Shown: positions 1 through 12,495 of the stretch, one piece after another
Layout: the number at the start of each line of letters is the position of its first letter
How positions within the stretch are numbered: the stretch's first letter is position 1
Assembly (NCBI GenBank): GCA_964016885.1
Contig: OZ024756.1
Span: 3,844,001 to 3,908,000 of the forward strand
Reading direction: 5' to 3'
Length of the DNA stretch: 64,000 nucleotides
From: Eledone cirrhosa
Lineage: Eukaryota
Made by a program: the position numbers and the translations under genes
The notes under the pieces: model-generated
Told to the model about the DNA's origin: nothing
The model's database searches: none
The model's input: only the letters and a program-made list of their open reading frames with translations

Positions 1-243
1 TGGTGTGGTGTACAGTGGTGTGGCGTGGCGTGGCGTGGTGTGGTGTGGCGTGGTGTGGTGTGGCGTGGCGTGGCGTAGTGTGGTGTGGTGTGGTGTGGTG
101 CAGCGTGGTGTAGTGTGGTGTGGCGTAGTGTGGTGTGGTGTGGTGCAGCGTGGTGTAGTGTGGTGTGGCGTAGTGTGGTGTGGTGTGGCGTGATGTGGTG
201 TGGCATGGCGTGGTGTGGTGTGGTGTGGTGTGGCGTAGTGTGG
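1..243. repeat. (TGGTG/TGGCG)n pentanucleotide microsatellite
   Basis: Tandem 5-mers read directly; continues past the window start. Confidence 0.95.
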
Positions 244-772
244 TTTGGTGCTGGCTTTTTTTCGTCACTGACATTTTATTCTAATATAATGGTATTCAAG
301 AAAATTTCATTACCAGAATTTCTATCGAATTTCAACCCAGAATCTAAGATTTATGGTTTGATTTCCGATTTATATTACTAACTCCTCGGGATTGCACTAA
401 ATGTTATGAGCTATCAGAAAAAATAGATTATTTGGGGCAAACGTGGTCGACCCATGTTTTGGGAGTGAAATCGGGTAGACAGAAACTGTTCAGAAGCCCG
501 TTGGTTGGACTGTGCGTGTAATTGGAAGGGCTTGACATGTCAAACACTGTCACACACTGAATCTCCCTGAAAATTACACGTTATAGGTAAACGTATCAGT
601 GGAACGGTCATTGATTTACACATTAATTTCATGAGCAGGCTTGAACACTCAACGTAGTAACCGGTGAAGGTTCATTCTTTCAAGTGGTATTTAGCTGTTG
701 TTGGAAAGGCGAATTATATTGACCATGATCTACATTCTATAACTACGCAGTTGTTGTCGTTGTTTTCACTGT

Positions 773-1084
773 TACTACTACTACTACTACCACCACTACT
801 ACTACTACCACTACTACTACTATCACTATTATTATTACTACTATTATCACTACTACTACTATCACTATTATTATTACTACTATTATCACTACTACTACTA
901 CTATCAGTACTACTAACACTACTACTACTATTATCACTATTATCACTACTACTACTACTATCACTACTACTACTACTACTATCACTACTACTACTACTAC
1001 TATCACTATTACTATCACTACTACTACTACTACTACTACTACTATCACTATTACTATCACTACTACTACTATCACTACTACTAT

Positions 1085-1116
<32 letters not shown>

Positions 1117-1125
1117 TCACTACTA
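773..1125. repeat. (CTA/TTA)n trinucleotide microsatellite
   Basis: Read directly; explains the poly-L and poly-V ORFs. Confidence 0.95.
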
Positions 1126-1450
1126 CTGCTTCTTTATACTCAATCCGATTCTTGATATTGGTGGGGTTAGTGTTTCAGTTATTTTATTTTTGTAGTAGTG
1201 GTGGTAGCTGTGGTAGTTGTAGTGGTAGTTGTAGTGGTAGTTGTAGTAGTTGTAGTGGTAGTTGTTGTAGTGGTAGTGGTAGTAGTGGTAGCTGTTGAAG
1301 TTTTTGTTGCTTTCATACTCTACATGGTCCTTGTGTGTCGTTTTCTTCCGCTGAGCATCGCTTTCCAGGGCTTTTAGGGGAGGGGGGACGAGTGAACACT
1401 GACGTTCGAAGTATCTCTTCGCAGGGTCTTTTAGAGGAGAAGGGTGAACA
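1123..1450 (-). CDS. Possible terminal coding exon of an unidentified host gene
   Basis: Strong minus-strand acceptor (tttcttttcttgtctttctttgaatgtcag|) followed by open frame VHPSPLKDPAKRYFERQCSL... ending at a stop; no recognised homology; includes a YH/YN microsatellite. Confidence 0.25.
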
Positions 1451-1966
1451 CTGACATTCAAAGAAAGACAAGAAAAGAAATAAATAAAGAGTGGGAGAGA
1501 GAGATGGGAGAAAGATCGGGTGAGAAAAAGATGGAGAGAAGAGGAGAAATGAGGAAATATATATAGAGAGAGAGGGGGAGGGAGAGGAGAGTTGGCAGAA
1601 TTGAAGGTTAAGGCCACCGACCCGCTCACCGGATATCTCCCTAGGGGTTATCCCGCTTCGCCTTGTTTTTAAAGGGTTTCTGAGCTCCTGTCCAATGGAG
1701 TGTAGTTAAAACACCTGGTTCTTATTGGTAGGCATGGGATGAAGCGTGCAACTGGAAGCAGTGGCAAGTCAAGAATGGAACCATCATCAGTTATGTTTAC
1801 GGGTAACTCGATATTGGTCTGGGAATGAGAGAGGACTTGGGAAGTACAAGGGAACATGGGAGGGCAGGGGGCATGTTTGTCAGCAAGAACCTGTGCAGGT
1901 GTTCATTGGATTGAATGTCACGACGGCTTCTCTCAAGCCTTGTCCACCACAGTATACATGCTGACA

Positions 1967-2185
1967 CATGCACACATACACACGCACATACACACGCACA
2001 TACACACGTACATACACACGCACATTCAAACGCACATACGCACACACACACGCACATAGACACGCATACACAGCCACATACACGAACACACACGCACACA
2101 CACACATCCACACACAAGCACACACACACACAGCCAGACACACGCACACACACACACAGCCAGACACACGCACAGACACACACAT
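1967..2185. repeat. (CA)n-derived microsatellite
   Basis: Read directly. Confidence 0.95.
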
Positions 2186-2622
2186 ATATATAAGAGAGAG
2201 AGAGAGATAAGTTAATGAGTGATATACAAAATGTAATATTTGGAAAACTTCTGTTAAAATGTCTTCTGTGGTTGTAAGAAAGAAAAAAAATAGACAATCG
2301 TTTGAAACTATCAAAAGATGGGAATTAATTTTAAAAGATTACAATTCTTGCAATGTTTCAATTAAGGAAGGGGCTCTGTTAGATTTATCACACCCAAGGC
2401 CTCACTGTGTGACAGGATGGTACATCTAAGACTCCAACAAGAGTCAAGATCCTTTGTTATTGATCGTTGCAATCGGATGCTCTATTGCATATTCTACGCA
2501 ATAGAATTTCATATTCTATTTTAAGCCTGCTTTGAACAATCAACAAACAAGATTTATTTATATACGGTCGTATGTATAGACAGCTGGAGAAAACGTGTGT
2601 ATATATATATATATGTGGAAGA

Positions 2623-3025
2623 GAAGGTGAATGTCTTAGTGGTTAACGCGTTGGGCTTACAATCGTTAGGTTTGGAGTTCAATTCCCGAGACGTTGGTGT
2701 GTTGTGTTCTTGAGCAAAACAACTTTATTTTATGTTGCTCCAGTTTCACTCAGCTGCAGAAATGAGTTGCGGCGTCAAAGGTGTCAAATTGTATCGGCCA
2801 TTGCCTTTCCCTTGGACAGCATCAGTGGAGTGGAGAGGCGAGACTGGTATACACGGGTGAATTCTGATCTTCCACAAAGACTTTGTGCCCAGCAGAGAGA
2901 CTGGTATACATGGGTGCCTTCTGGTTTTCCCCATCCGAGATACATCCTTTGTGGATGAACTAAGTTTTTGTGGAAATCTCTATGTGCAAAGCCCAAGGTC
3001 ATTCGTGACCGAAGGGGGCTCTCTC
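2623..3025 (+). mobile_element. tRNA-derived CORE-type SINE (long subfamily)
   Basis: A-box cttagtggttaa, B-box gagttcaattcc, CORE-like tgttcttgagcaaaacactttatt. Confidence 0.75.
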
Positions 3026-3346
3026 TGTATATGTGAAGGTTTAATAAATGCAGAAGATTGAATACCAGTATAGTAGACAAAGAAACCAACTGTGTATCAT
3101 ACATAATAAAAGTTTAGCAAACCCCCTACATAAATACTTGAATTGTAATTCCAGTTCAAAGACACAAAATGATCAGATTTGTTATCTGACTGGGCGATAG
3201 AGGGCACCAGGTTGCTACTGCCTTGGTAGGACCGAGTCTGCGCTAATCGGGAAGAAATATTGTCAAAACCTGTGGGTTGGTATGTAGCTTATTTGATCTG
3301 TATTATAATGTACAACCCATTCCTCCAAACATACATAAACGCCCGT

Positions 3347-3402
<56 letters not shown>

Positions 3403-3403
3403 T

Positions 3404-3899
3404 TGGGAGGGTCAGCTTGAGATTGGTGTGGAAGTCGGACCTTCGTAGAGACCTGAAAATCCGTCTCTTCATTGCTGTAGTGGAGTCTGTGCTGCTGTGC
3501 GGGTCTGAGACTTGGACACTGACCAAGAAACTCACTCAGATGGTGGATGGGTGTTACACGAGAATGCTGAGGATGGCTCTGAACATTAATTAGTATACAC
3601 TGAGGATGAAAAACTCAGAGCTGTATGGGAGCCTCCCAAAAGTCAGCTCAAAAGTGACACAGAGGAGACTGAGGTTAGCTGGACATACTCACCGACATCC
3701 AGAGTTGACATAGCACTCCGTGCTCCTGTGGGAGCCCCTACATGGACACACTGGAAGAGGAAGACCAAGGTTAACGTATGTTGATGCTCTAAGGACAGAC
3801 ACTGGTCTGTTGGAGACGCAGGACATGGCAGCGATAATTAGGGACAGAGACCGCTGGAGAGAACTCGTCCATGGATATCGGGAATTGTACCCGCCCTAG
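3404..3899 (+). mobile_element. 5'-truncated RTE-superfamily LINE, ORF C-terminus with stop codons
   Basis: Translates LKIRLFIAVVESVLLCGSETWTLT...DGCYTRMLRMALNI...RRLRLAGH...GRGRPRLTYVD...DRDRWR; same family at 8532 and 62396. Confidence 0.85.
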
Positions 3900-4215
3900 A
3901 TGCTGCCAATAAAAATACACGCACCTGTTGGTTTTTAATTCAATTTATTATAAATTTCCGGTTGGTTGGTTGATTCTAGGGTTTTGTCCTACACCGAATG
4001 TTGTAGGAGAGAACAAAGGAGAAACGCACAAAATAAAAAAAAACCTAGTCACTGAGAAGGTCACAGAATGTGTGACGAAAGAGCTTTGACAATATATAAA
4101 CAACCTTCCGGTTATCGAACCAACAAACCAACCGGAATTTATGATAAATTGAAGTGAAAACTAACAGGTGCGTGTGTTTTTATTGGCAGCATGACCCTCT
4201 CAAAGTATAACAGTA
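3900..4215 (+). mobile_element. PLE-like fold-back remnant with degenerate hammerhead
   Basis: Inverted arms about 3900-3973 and 4115-4192; gtca-CTGAGAA-stemII-GAAA-gagctt-tgac at 4048-4090; 3' end atgaccctc..aagtataac shared with 7921 and 47923. Confidence 0.6.
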
Positions 4216-4521
4216 TATGTTTCAACACACGTTTTCAGATAAGAAATCTTGCAAAACAAATTAAAAAACGAATTTATATATATATATAAATACGGATAAA
4301 ACAAAAGGAAATATGAACTTTAACTGAAATAATAATCCAGTTATAGTTACAATTACAATAGTTATAATTTTATGGGTTAAAAATAATTTATTAAAACGGG
4401 TCTCCTTCTCTTTTCTTTTTTCTTTCTTATTTCTTTACTTTCCTTTTTTCTTATCTTTTTTTTCGTCTTTAATCTTTTCTTTTTTCTTCTTCTTTAATCT
4501 TTTCTTTTTTCGTTTCTTTTT

Positions 4522-4706
4522 CTTCGCCCACTTATTACTTGAAGGGCCGTAGAGCAGAGTCCTCAAAAACTCATTGCAGCACGCCCTGTCAGAAGCAACA
4601 ATCTCCAAATGATCGGGCAGGATCCCCACCCAATGAGAGCAGCCAAGTTCATGGATATTATCCAACCTTCATGCTCAGGGTCTCCGGCCTCTCGGGTTTA
4701 CCATAA
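4522..4706 (-). mobile_element. RTE (Rex3/Expander-like) LINE 3' fragment
   Basis: Minus-strand translation ...LDNIHELGCSHWVGILPDHLEIVASDRACCNEFLRTLLYGPS resembles the RTE C-terminus; A-rich tail follows. Confidence 0.55.
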
Positions 4707-4790
4707 ACTGTTTTGTTTATGTTAACAAATTAAAGTATATGAATTTGCCTGCATATTTACTTTACTTCTATTGATAATTATGAGACTGTT

Positions 4791-4832
<42 letters not shown>

Positions 4833-5061
4833 GACTAATGTGTGTGTATCCAATTAGTTTTATACTAAGTACGAATGTTTTTATTACATGCTAAATATAG
4901 AGAATTAGAATCCATCAGAGCTGACAAGTTTTTTTCCTTAATTAGCTAAAAAGAATTGTAAACATGTGTTCACACACGAACACATGCATATAATATACAT
5001 GTAATATATATAATATATATATATTGTAATATATATGTTATATATATATATATATATATAT

Positions 5062-5518
5062 ATAGTAATAATAAAAGATGTGAAGATTAAAATCCGAAGA
5101 GGGCTCGATAAGGATTATATATATATATATATATGAAGGCGTGTAGCTGAGTGGTTAGAGAATTGGATTCACAATCTTGAGGTTGTGAGTTCGATTCCTG
5201 GACCGGGCGATGCGTTATGTCCTTGAGCAAGACACTTTATTTCACGTTGCTCCTTCTACCTGGAGTTGCGACCGATAGATAGTTAGTACTAGCAACTGGA
5301 AAGACCAACGGAAACATTGTTTCCTCGGTCCGATTTGACGAAAGTCGATCGATCCTAAAAAGTATATAAATATATATAAAAACCGTAGAGCAAATATTTA
5401 TAAAAATAACAGATTAAAGTTTAAGCAAAGAATCGCTGCTTTCACCCTTAACGGGATCTTTCAGAAGATCTCGTTAAGGGTGAAAGCAGCGATTCTTTGC
5501 TTAAACTTTAATCTGTTA

Positions 5519-5525
<7 letters not shown>
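5062..5525 (-). mobile_element. PLE-like fold-back remnant interrupted by a SINE
   Basis: Palindrome 5403-5523 centred on a hammerhead-like core; uninterrupted copy at 45452-45667, partial copies at 41218-41315 and 46240-46305. Confidence 0.7.
5135..5360 (+). mobile_element. tRNA-derived CORE-type SINE (short subfamily)
   Basis: A-box tagctgagtgg, B-box gagttcgattcc, gtccttgagcaagacactttatttcacg; copies at 28276 and 44055. Confidence 0.85.
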
Positions 5526-5555
<30 letters not shown>

Positions 5556-5556
5556 A

Positions 5557-5899
5557 TGAACAACACAAAATATAACTACTCCATTACCAAAGGTTTCTGG
5601 ATCTCAGACAATGATAATATACGTCTGGATCGGTCGTCAGACAGAGATGTGGTGGATAAGAATTATGAAATGAGATTGAAAATCTGTTAAAAATTGACTA
5701 CCAATTTTAACAGGTTTTCAATCTCATTTCATATTTTTTATCCATAACATCTCTGACGACCGATCCAGACGTATATTATCATTGTCTGAGATCCAGAAAC
5801 CTTTGGTAATGGAGTAATTATATTTTGTGTTGTTCACTTTCTAATTGAATAGCTCTGTTCTATACATAGAGCACTCTTTTTTCCTTTGAATTACCTAAT
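5557..5899. mobile_element. PLE-like fold-back, about 140-bp arms plus 3' tail
   Basis: Arms 5557-5696 and 5702-5836, each carrying a hammerhead core; tail stem-loop at 5852-5872; (TA)n on both sides. Confidence 0.8.
5579..5646 (-). ncRNA. Type I hammerhead ribozyme
   Basis: ctctgt-CTGACGA-stemII-GAAA-cctttg-GTA-atggag; the plus-arm copy (core 5753-5759) has lost 4 nt of stem I. Confidence 0.7.
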
Positions 5900-5900
5900 A

Positions 5901-5939
<39 letters not shown>

Positions 5940-6044
5940 TGTGACGTCCAGTTACCTAGGTTTCCAGTAGAACCGTCCTTAATTCCTTATCTTCAAATAT
6001 TACCCCCTTCATTTATTTGTACTGTCTCTGTTATTGAATTTTAG

Positions 6045-6097
6045 TTCCTGTCTGATGACCCTGTGAGAAACAGGCGAAACTCCAGAGTAAGAAGACT
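6045..6097 (+). ncRNA. Type I hammerhead ribozyme (weak stem I)
   Basis: CTGATGA 6052-6058, cctgt/acagg, GAAA 6076-6079, actc-ca-gagt-A, AATAAA at 6112. Confidence 0.65.
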
Positions 6098-6157
6098 CAA
6101 TAATTAGCCTGAATAAAAATTACTATATATGTATGTATATATGTATATATATATATA

Positions 6158-6319
6158 CAAGTAAAATTCCGTTTTAACGAATACCATTATAATGAATTTT
6201 TCAGCATGACGAAATTCTTTTGAATTCCCTGCCACATGCTCAATGTTTTATAAAGAATTTTTTGTTACAACGAATTATTTTTATACCCCCGTGAATTTCG
6301 TTATAATGGAATTTCACTA
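6158..6319. mobile_element. Tigger/pogo-like MITE
   Basis: Imperfect TIRs agtaaaattccgttttaacgaa and ttcgttataatggaatttcact with TA flanks. Confidence 0.6.
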
Positions 6320-6584
6320 TGTTGTGTGTGTGTGTGTGTATATATATATATAAATAATGTGTGTGTGTGTATGTCGATTTGTGTGTTTATGAACAGTTAT
6401 AATCAACCCAAGAAATGCAGCATTTTCATCAGGTATATTTTGAGAAAACAAGATGGAGAATAGATTTTGGCACCAAGCCGCTAAATGCCTCCATTGGTTG
6501 GTTCGAGTCACGTGGAGGTGTTGAGCTGTCATCAGTACTAGCAATTTTGCGTCCTTTTGGCGCCATTAATCATTCTAGAATACA

Positions 6585-7087
6585 TACGAGTGTTGGCTGA
6601 AATGTTGATAGGCTGACCAAGATACTCTCATGGAATGACCAAATGAGGTTTATCTTTCAACATAGTCCCTGGAAAGAAACAATGCAGCTATTAATTGTTT
6701 CTACTTTTGGCACAAGGCCAACAATTACCCAGTGCATTACTGGTACTTTATTTTATCGACCTAGTAAGGATGAAAGGCAAAGTTAACCTCGGCGGGATTT
6801 GAATTCAGACCGAGGTGAATGTCGCCTTTCATCCTTACGGATTAATTAGAAGAGTTGAAATTAATTTATAATTAATTTATACAAGATTTCACATCTCTAG
6901 CATCACTCCTTCATAGGCTGCCCAAGATACTCTCATGGAATGACCAAATGAGGTTTATTTTTCAACATAATCCCGGAAAGAAAGATTGTGATTATAAATA
7001 AGAGTTGAAATTAATGCATACAAGATTTCACAGCCCTAGTATCACTCCTTCATACTCGGTCTATGAAGCTTTCAGCCGACTTTCATA
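6585..7087. mobile_element. Non-autonomous mariner-like element with internal duplication and nested SINE
   Basis: TIR tacgagtgttggctgaaatgttgataggctga versus reverse complement of tcggtctatgaagctttcagccgactttcata; block ccaagatactctcatggaatgaccaaatgagg occurs twice. Confidence 0.65.
6693..6810 (-). mobile_element. Meta-domain SINE, partial
   Basis: Reverse complement of ctttgcctttcatcctta..gtcgataaaataaagtaccag. Confidence 0.8.
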
Positions 7088-7186
7088 TATTTCCACTAAG
7101 CTGCTATGCGGTAAAGATGATTAATAATTTATTTATTTATTGCAGGAAATTATTATGCGTTCAATTTAATTATACAAAATATGTAT

Positions 7187-7410
7187 AAAATAGCAGCGGG
7201 TTTTATGGGACTAAAAATTAGCTAATATATAGAGCCGAGAATATTATTTATAGAGTTATAAACTCAAATAGTGTATTACACGGATCAGAAGTATTCCTTT
7301 CTTTGAGCTATTTAATTGTAAAAGACTATTTGAGTTTATAACTCTATATATAATATTCTCGGCTCCATACGTGAGCTAATTTTTAGTCCCATAAAACCGG
7401 CTGCTATTTT
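7187..7410. repeat. Inverted repeat with about 85-bp arms (MITE-like)
   Basis: 7187-7272 is the reverse complement of 7325-7410. Confidence 0.8.
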
Positions 7411-7771
7411 TAGCGGCACGAGTATAGGACGAGCTAGGCGCTGGAACACATGTGCGCTCAAAAACACATTTTTCTTAGTCTTCTTAAGTATTTTGAAGTG
7501 AAACTTACCAATTTCTGGATACCTGCAGAAGAGCACAGGAATGGGAACTTTCACTTAATTGTTGCGAAACAAATTTAAAATTTGTCCAGGTATCACGGCT
7601 ATTGCCAATATAGGTTTATTTTTATTGATTTATTATTTTAAATCGAGACAGGCAAACCGTATTATTTTAATTAGTAATTTTCAATCTAGCTAACTTGGTC
7701 ATTTGCAATGCGAACACATGTATACTTGTATCAGTGTTTATCCCTATCATATATTCATTTGTATATTTATT

Positions 7772-7946
7772 TATATCTGTATTTTTGACCGTTGGTCAGT
7801 CAATGATAAACATTGATGGTCAAATGAATTAACTATGGAGATATAAAAGATACAGAAGCGAAAACCAACCAAACAGTGAGTGTGTTCTGTAATTATTTCT
7901 GGCAATACTATTACAACAATATGACACTCCCCAAGTATAACAATAT
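7772..7946 (+). mobile_element. 3' fragment of the dispersed repeat also seen at 47600-47945
   Basis: Shared tttttgaccgttggtcagtcaatg...aaaccaaccaaacag...ccccaagtataa, ending in (TA)n. Confidence 0.7.
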
Positions 7947-7999
7947 ATATACATATATATTTACATACACAAATATATAAATATATATACATACACACA

Positions 8000-8032
<33 letters not shown>

Positions 8033-8044
8033 TACATACATACA

Positions 8045-8081
<37 letters not shown>

Positions 8082-8092
8082 TACATACATAC

Positions 8093-8125
<33 letters not shown>

Positions 8126-8361
8126 CTTAAACAAATATATATATATGCACACACATATGTGTATATATATACACACACACAGTTACACAGCCGGCAATAA
8201 GGGGACTCCTAGTGCCGTCGACTATTTTTGAACACCTGGCACTGTTGTTGATACCCTGCTGTACACATAATATTGACTTTACTGATACATGTATCTATAT
8301 ACCATTTCATATATATACACACACGCGCACACATACACACGCATTATGTACATATATATAT

Positions 8362-8459
8362 ATCCCGCCGAGGCTAACTTTGCCTTTCATCCTTAGGGGT
8401 CGATAAAATAAAGTACTAGTAATATACTGAGTAATTGCTGGCCTTGTGCCAAATGTAGA

Positions 8460-8463
<4 letters not shown>
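8362..8463 (+). mobile_element. Meta-domain SINE, 3' part
   Basis: Same family motif as 43751. Confidence 0.8.
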
Positions 8464-8499
<36 letters not shown>

Positions 8500-8531
8500 A
8501 ATATAGTTATGTGTGTGTTTGTATATATATA

Positions 8532-8797
8532 TCCCAAAAGTCAGCTCAAAAGTGACACAGAGGAGACTGAGGTTGGCTGGACATGCTCACCGACATCCAG
8601 AGTTGACATTGCACTCAGTGATCCTTTGGGAGCCCCTACATGGACACACTAGAAGAGGAAGACCAAGGTTAACATATGTTGATGCCCTAAGGACAGACAC
8701 TGGTCTGTTGGAGATGCAGGATATGGCAGCGATAATGAGGGACAGAGACCGCTGGAGAGAACTCGTCCATGGATCTCGGGAATTTTACCCGCCTTAG
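8532..8797 (+). mobile_element. 5'-truncated RTE LINE with long target-site duplication
   Basis: PKVSSKVTQRRLRLAGH...REFYPP*; 8491-8520 is identical to 8821-8850. Confidence 0.85.
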
Positions 8798-8875
8798 ATA
8801 TATATATATATATATAATATATATATGTTAATATAGTTATGTGTGTGTTTATAGATATATATATATATATATATA

Positions 8876-9062
8876 CATATTTAATATAGAATGGCTTCTA
8901 CAGGACTAAAACTATTTCATTCGGGAGAAATTATCTCTCCCGAATGAAACAGTTTCAGTTTTATTCCCGTAGAAGCCATTCTATATTAAATATGTATACT
9001 CTGCTTTGTATTGAGTACCTAACTTACTGAAGTTTACCCCCGATTGAACCCTGGATAAACCT
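8876..9062 (+). mobile_element. PLE-like fold-back remnant with tail
   Basis: Hairpin 8876-8994, tail stem-loop 8997-9017; relatives at 59270-59448 and 63104-63290. Confidence 0.65.
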
Positions 9063-9340
9063 ATATATATTGAAAATTTGCAGCGCCGCGACCGGATCCA
9101 GAAGCTATATTTACCCCATCAACATCAATAACAACAATAGTAACAATAACACCGTTGCTAAGGACAATGAGGTACCTGGTGGTGTTAAACCGGTGACATG
9201 TTAAGTCTGCACACCGAGAAATTACTACACAAAGAAGCTGACCAGATATTTCAAAACATTTCATCTGATACGATAACAATTCTGCCAAACCACTACCCAC
9301 CATCTTCTTCATTGTAAATTTATATTTATTTAAATGTTAA

Positions 9341-9423
9341 CTTCGCCGATAGGATTCGATCCTCTGCGCTGAGAACTCCAATAGATTTCTAGTTCATCTC
9401 CTTGACCACTCGACCAAGGTCAC
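9341..9423 (-). pseudogene. tRNA-Ser(AGA)-like pseudogene
   Basis: gtgaccttggtcgagtggtcaaggagatgaactAGAaatctattggagttctcagcgcagaggatcgaatcctatcggcgaag; long variable arm; mispaired stems and altered T-loop. Confidence 0.7.
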
Positions 9424-9759
9424 ACATTTTAAGATGTGATATAATCGAATTAATTTACCCCAGAACTTGAACAATATTTCTTTTATGTACCCTCGAAATA
9501 TGCATCAAGCCAAAGTCACTAGTAAAAAAAAAAAAAAAAAAAAAAGACACCATTTTGTCCGGTGCTCTACTGATTTAGCTTATTCATCCCCTTATTAATG
9601 ACTTAAATAAGCTCGATATCTGTTCCGGCTCGCGAAGCTGTGAGTTCAAATGCTACCGAGGTCAACTCTACATTTCCTCTATTCGAGGCCGATAGATAAA
9701 AGACCAGCCCACTGCCTGGTTTAACTCTTTCTTTTGACTGTGTTCCAATCTGGAGGATG

Positions 9760-9973
9760 ATGGACTCTATCAAATTTAAAGTGCCCAAGACCTGCCATAT
9801 TTCAAGTTGGTGTCTTTAAGATTCCATCAGAAAAGAAGGGTCTTTTATTTACCAGTACAAGGTTTATGGACTCTATCAGATTTAAAGTGCCCAAGATACG
9901 CCATATGTCAAGTTGGTGTAACTTAAGATTCCATCAAACATGAAGGATCTTTTACTTCAACAGATAAAGTTTT
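9760..9973. repeat. Tandem duplication, 2 copies of about 106 bp
   Basis: atggactctatca.atttaaagtgcccaaga...taagattccatca occurs twice. Confidence 0.85.
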
Positions 9974-10193
9974 ATTCGATCCGATATTTGAGGGCAAATA
10001 ATTCGTCAAATTTGGAAACACGAAATGGAAGCTTGACCTCGGCTGAATAATTCTAAATTAGAGCTTCTTTTTAAGTCAGACAATATGTAATTGATAAAAC
10101 GGATGTGATAGAATTATGAGGGAAAAAAAAATTATTTGTGTTTATATATTTGGATTAGTATGACAACATATATCTATCTTTCTGTCTGTATAT

Positions 10194-10231
<38 letters not shown>

Positions 10232-10389
10232 TTGTGTGTGAGTGTGTGAGTGAGAGATTGAAATTGATTCAAACGGATGTGGAGGATACCTCATGGTGTT
10301 CAGGATGAAAGATAAGTAAACAATCAGAACTTAAAAAAGACGTTAAAGCGCGTGAGACAGGTGAGACAGAGACGGAGGGAAAGGAAGAG

Positions 10390-11535
10390 TGGGAGAGAGG
10401 GGGAAAGAAAGGCAGAGGTTGCGAGAGTGGGAGAGAGTGAAAGGCAGAGAGGTTACGAGAGTAGGAGAGAGAAAGAGAGGTGGGGAAAGAGAAAGGAAGA
10501 GATGTTGGGAGAGAGGGAAAGAAAGGCAGAGAGGTTGGAGAGTTGTAGAGAGAGCTGGGGGAAAGAAAGGCAGAGGGGTTGCGAGAGTTGTAGAGAGAGC
10601 TGGGGGGAAGAAAGGCAGAGAGGTTGCGAGAGTGAGATAGAGAGCTGGGGGAAAGAAAGGCAGAGAGGTTGCGAGAGTGTGAGAGAGAGCTGGGGGAAAG
10701 AAAAGCAGAGAGGTTACGAGAGTTGTAGAGAGAGAGCTGGGGGAAAGAAAGGCAGAGAGGTTACGAGAGTTGTAGAGAGCTGGGGGAAAGAAAGGCAGAG
10801 AGTTGTAGAGAGAGCTGGGAGAAAGAAAGGCAGAGAGGTTACGAGAGTTGTAGAGAGAGAGCTGGGGGAAAGAAAGGCAGAGAGGTTGCGAGAGTTGTAG
10901 AGAGAGCTGGGAGAAAGAAAGGCAGAAAGGTTACGAGAGTTGTAGAGAGAGAGAGCTGGGGGAAAGAAAGGCAGAGAGGTTACGAGAGTTGTAGAGAGAG
11001 CTGGGGGAAAGAAAGGCAGAGAGGTTACGAGAGTTGTAGAGAGAGCTGGGAGAAAGAAAGGCAGAAAGGTTACGAGAGTTGTAGAGAGAGCTGGGGGAAA
11101 GAAAGGCAGAGAGGTTACGAGAGTTGTAGAGAGAGAGCTGGGGGAAAGAAAGGCAGAGAGGTTACGAGAGTTGTAGAGAGAGAGCTGGGGGAAAGAAAGG
11201 CAGAGAGGTTACGAGAGTTGTAGAGAGAGTTGGGGGAAAGAAAGGCAGAGAGGTTACGAGAGTTGTAGAGAGAGAGCTGGGAGAAAGAAAGGCAGAGAGG
11301 TTGCGAGAGTTGTAGAGAGAGAGCTGGGGGAAAGAAAGGCAGAGAGGTTGCGAGAGTGGGAGAGAGAGCTGGGGGAAAGCGAAAGACAGAGAGGTTGCGA
11401 GAGTGGGAGAGAGAGCTGGGGGAAAGAAAGGCAGAGAGGTTGCGAGAGTGGGAGAGAGTGAGCTGGGGGAAAGCGAAAGACAGAGAGGTTGCGAGAGTGG
11501 GAGAGAGAGCTGGGGGAAAGAAAGGCAGAGAGAGA
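10390..11535. repeat. GA-rich minisatellite, about 43-47 bp unit
   Basis: gagagagctgggggaaagaaaggcagagaggttacgagagttgta repeated. Confidence 0.95.
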
Positions 11536-11780
11536 AACTAAGAGGATTAGGAAGGTGTGAATGAAAATGTGTCGACGTACATTAAGATAATAATAATAAT
11601 AATAATTAATGTGCAGATGGTGTGGAGTGTTTAACATTGCAGACTCGGAGAAAGTTTGTTAATTAACCATAATTATTAATTAGATGGCATCTTATTCCAT
11701 AATATGTGTTAAAAATATTCTGCTGTACTTGCAAAATGTTTTTGACATTTACCAACTGACACACACCCACACACGCTCAT

Positions 11781-11814
<34 letters not shown>

Positions 11815-11836
11815 CACGCACACACGCACACGCTCA

Positions 11837-11890
<54 letters not shown>

Positions 11891-12251
11891 GCAAACACAC
11901 CCGCACACGCTCATCATATATATATATATATATGTACATACACGCACACACCCGCACTCATTACACACACACACATCACACACACACACACACATGCTCA
12001 TCACACATCACACACATACACACACACACACACACACATGCTCATCACACATATACATATACCCACACACGCTCATATATATATACCCACACACGCTCAT
12101 CATATATATACATACACACATACATGTTATATATATATATTTATTTATTTATTTATTAGAGAGAGAGGGGGGGGGATAAACATAACAAATCAAACGACAC
12201 AGTACATTGAAGAAAAATATTAGTTTAACGTTTGAAATAGTAGGAAAACAT

Positions 12252-12287
12252 TTTTAACCTTTCGGACACTAGTCCTTCATCAAAGGA
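12252..12287 (-). ncRNA. Degenerate minimal hammerhead
   Basis: TTGATGA-a-ggac-tagt-gtcc-GAAA-ggtta; stem I poor. Confidence 0.45.
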
Positions 12288-12495
12288 TTGTTAGAAATAA
12301 GATAAAATAAGATAAAGAGTCAGCAGAGAAGGGAATGTGGGAAAATTAGGAAAAATGGGGGCAAAACACGTGCATATTCAAGCAGACTCCGACTTTCACG
12401 TAGATAAGGTTAATACAAAGAATGGTGTGCGCATGCGCGGAGATTCTATAAAGTAAGGTAAAAATCCTTTAAATACGACAACAGAATTTATCATA

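Noticed and set aside
9341-9423. Functional tRNA-Ser gene
   Set aside because: Acceptor, anticodon and T arms are mispaired; kept only as a pseudogene
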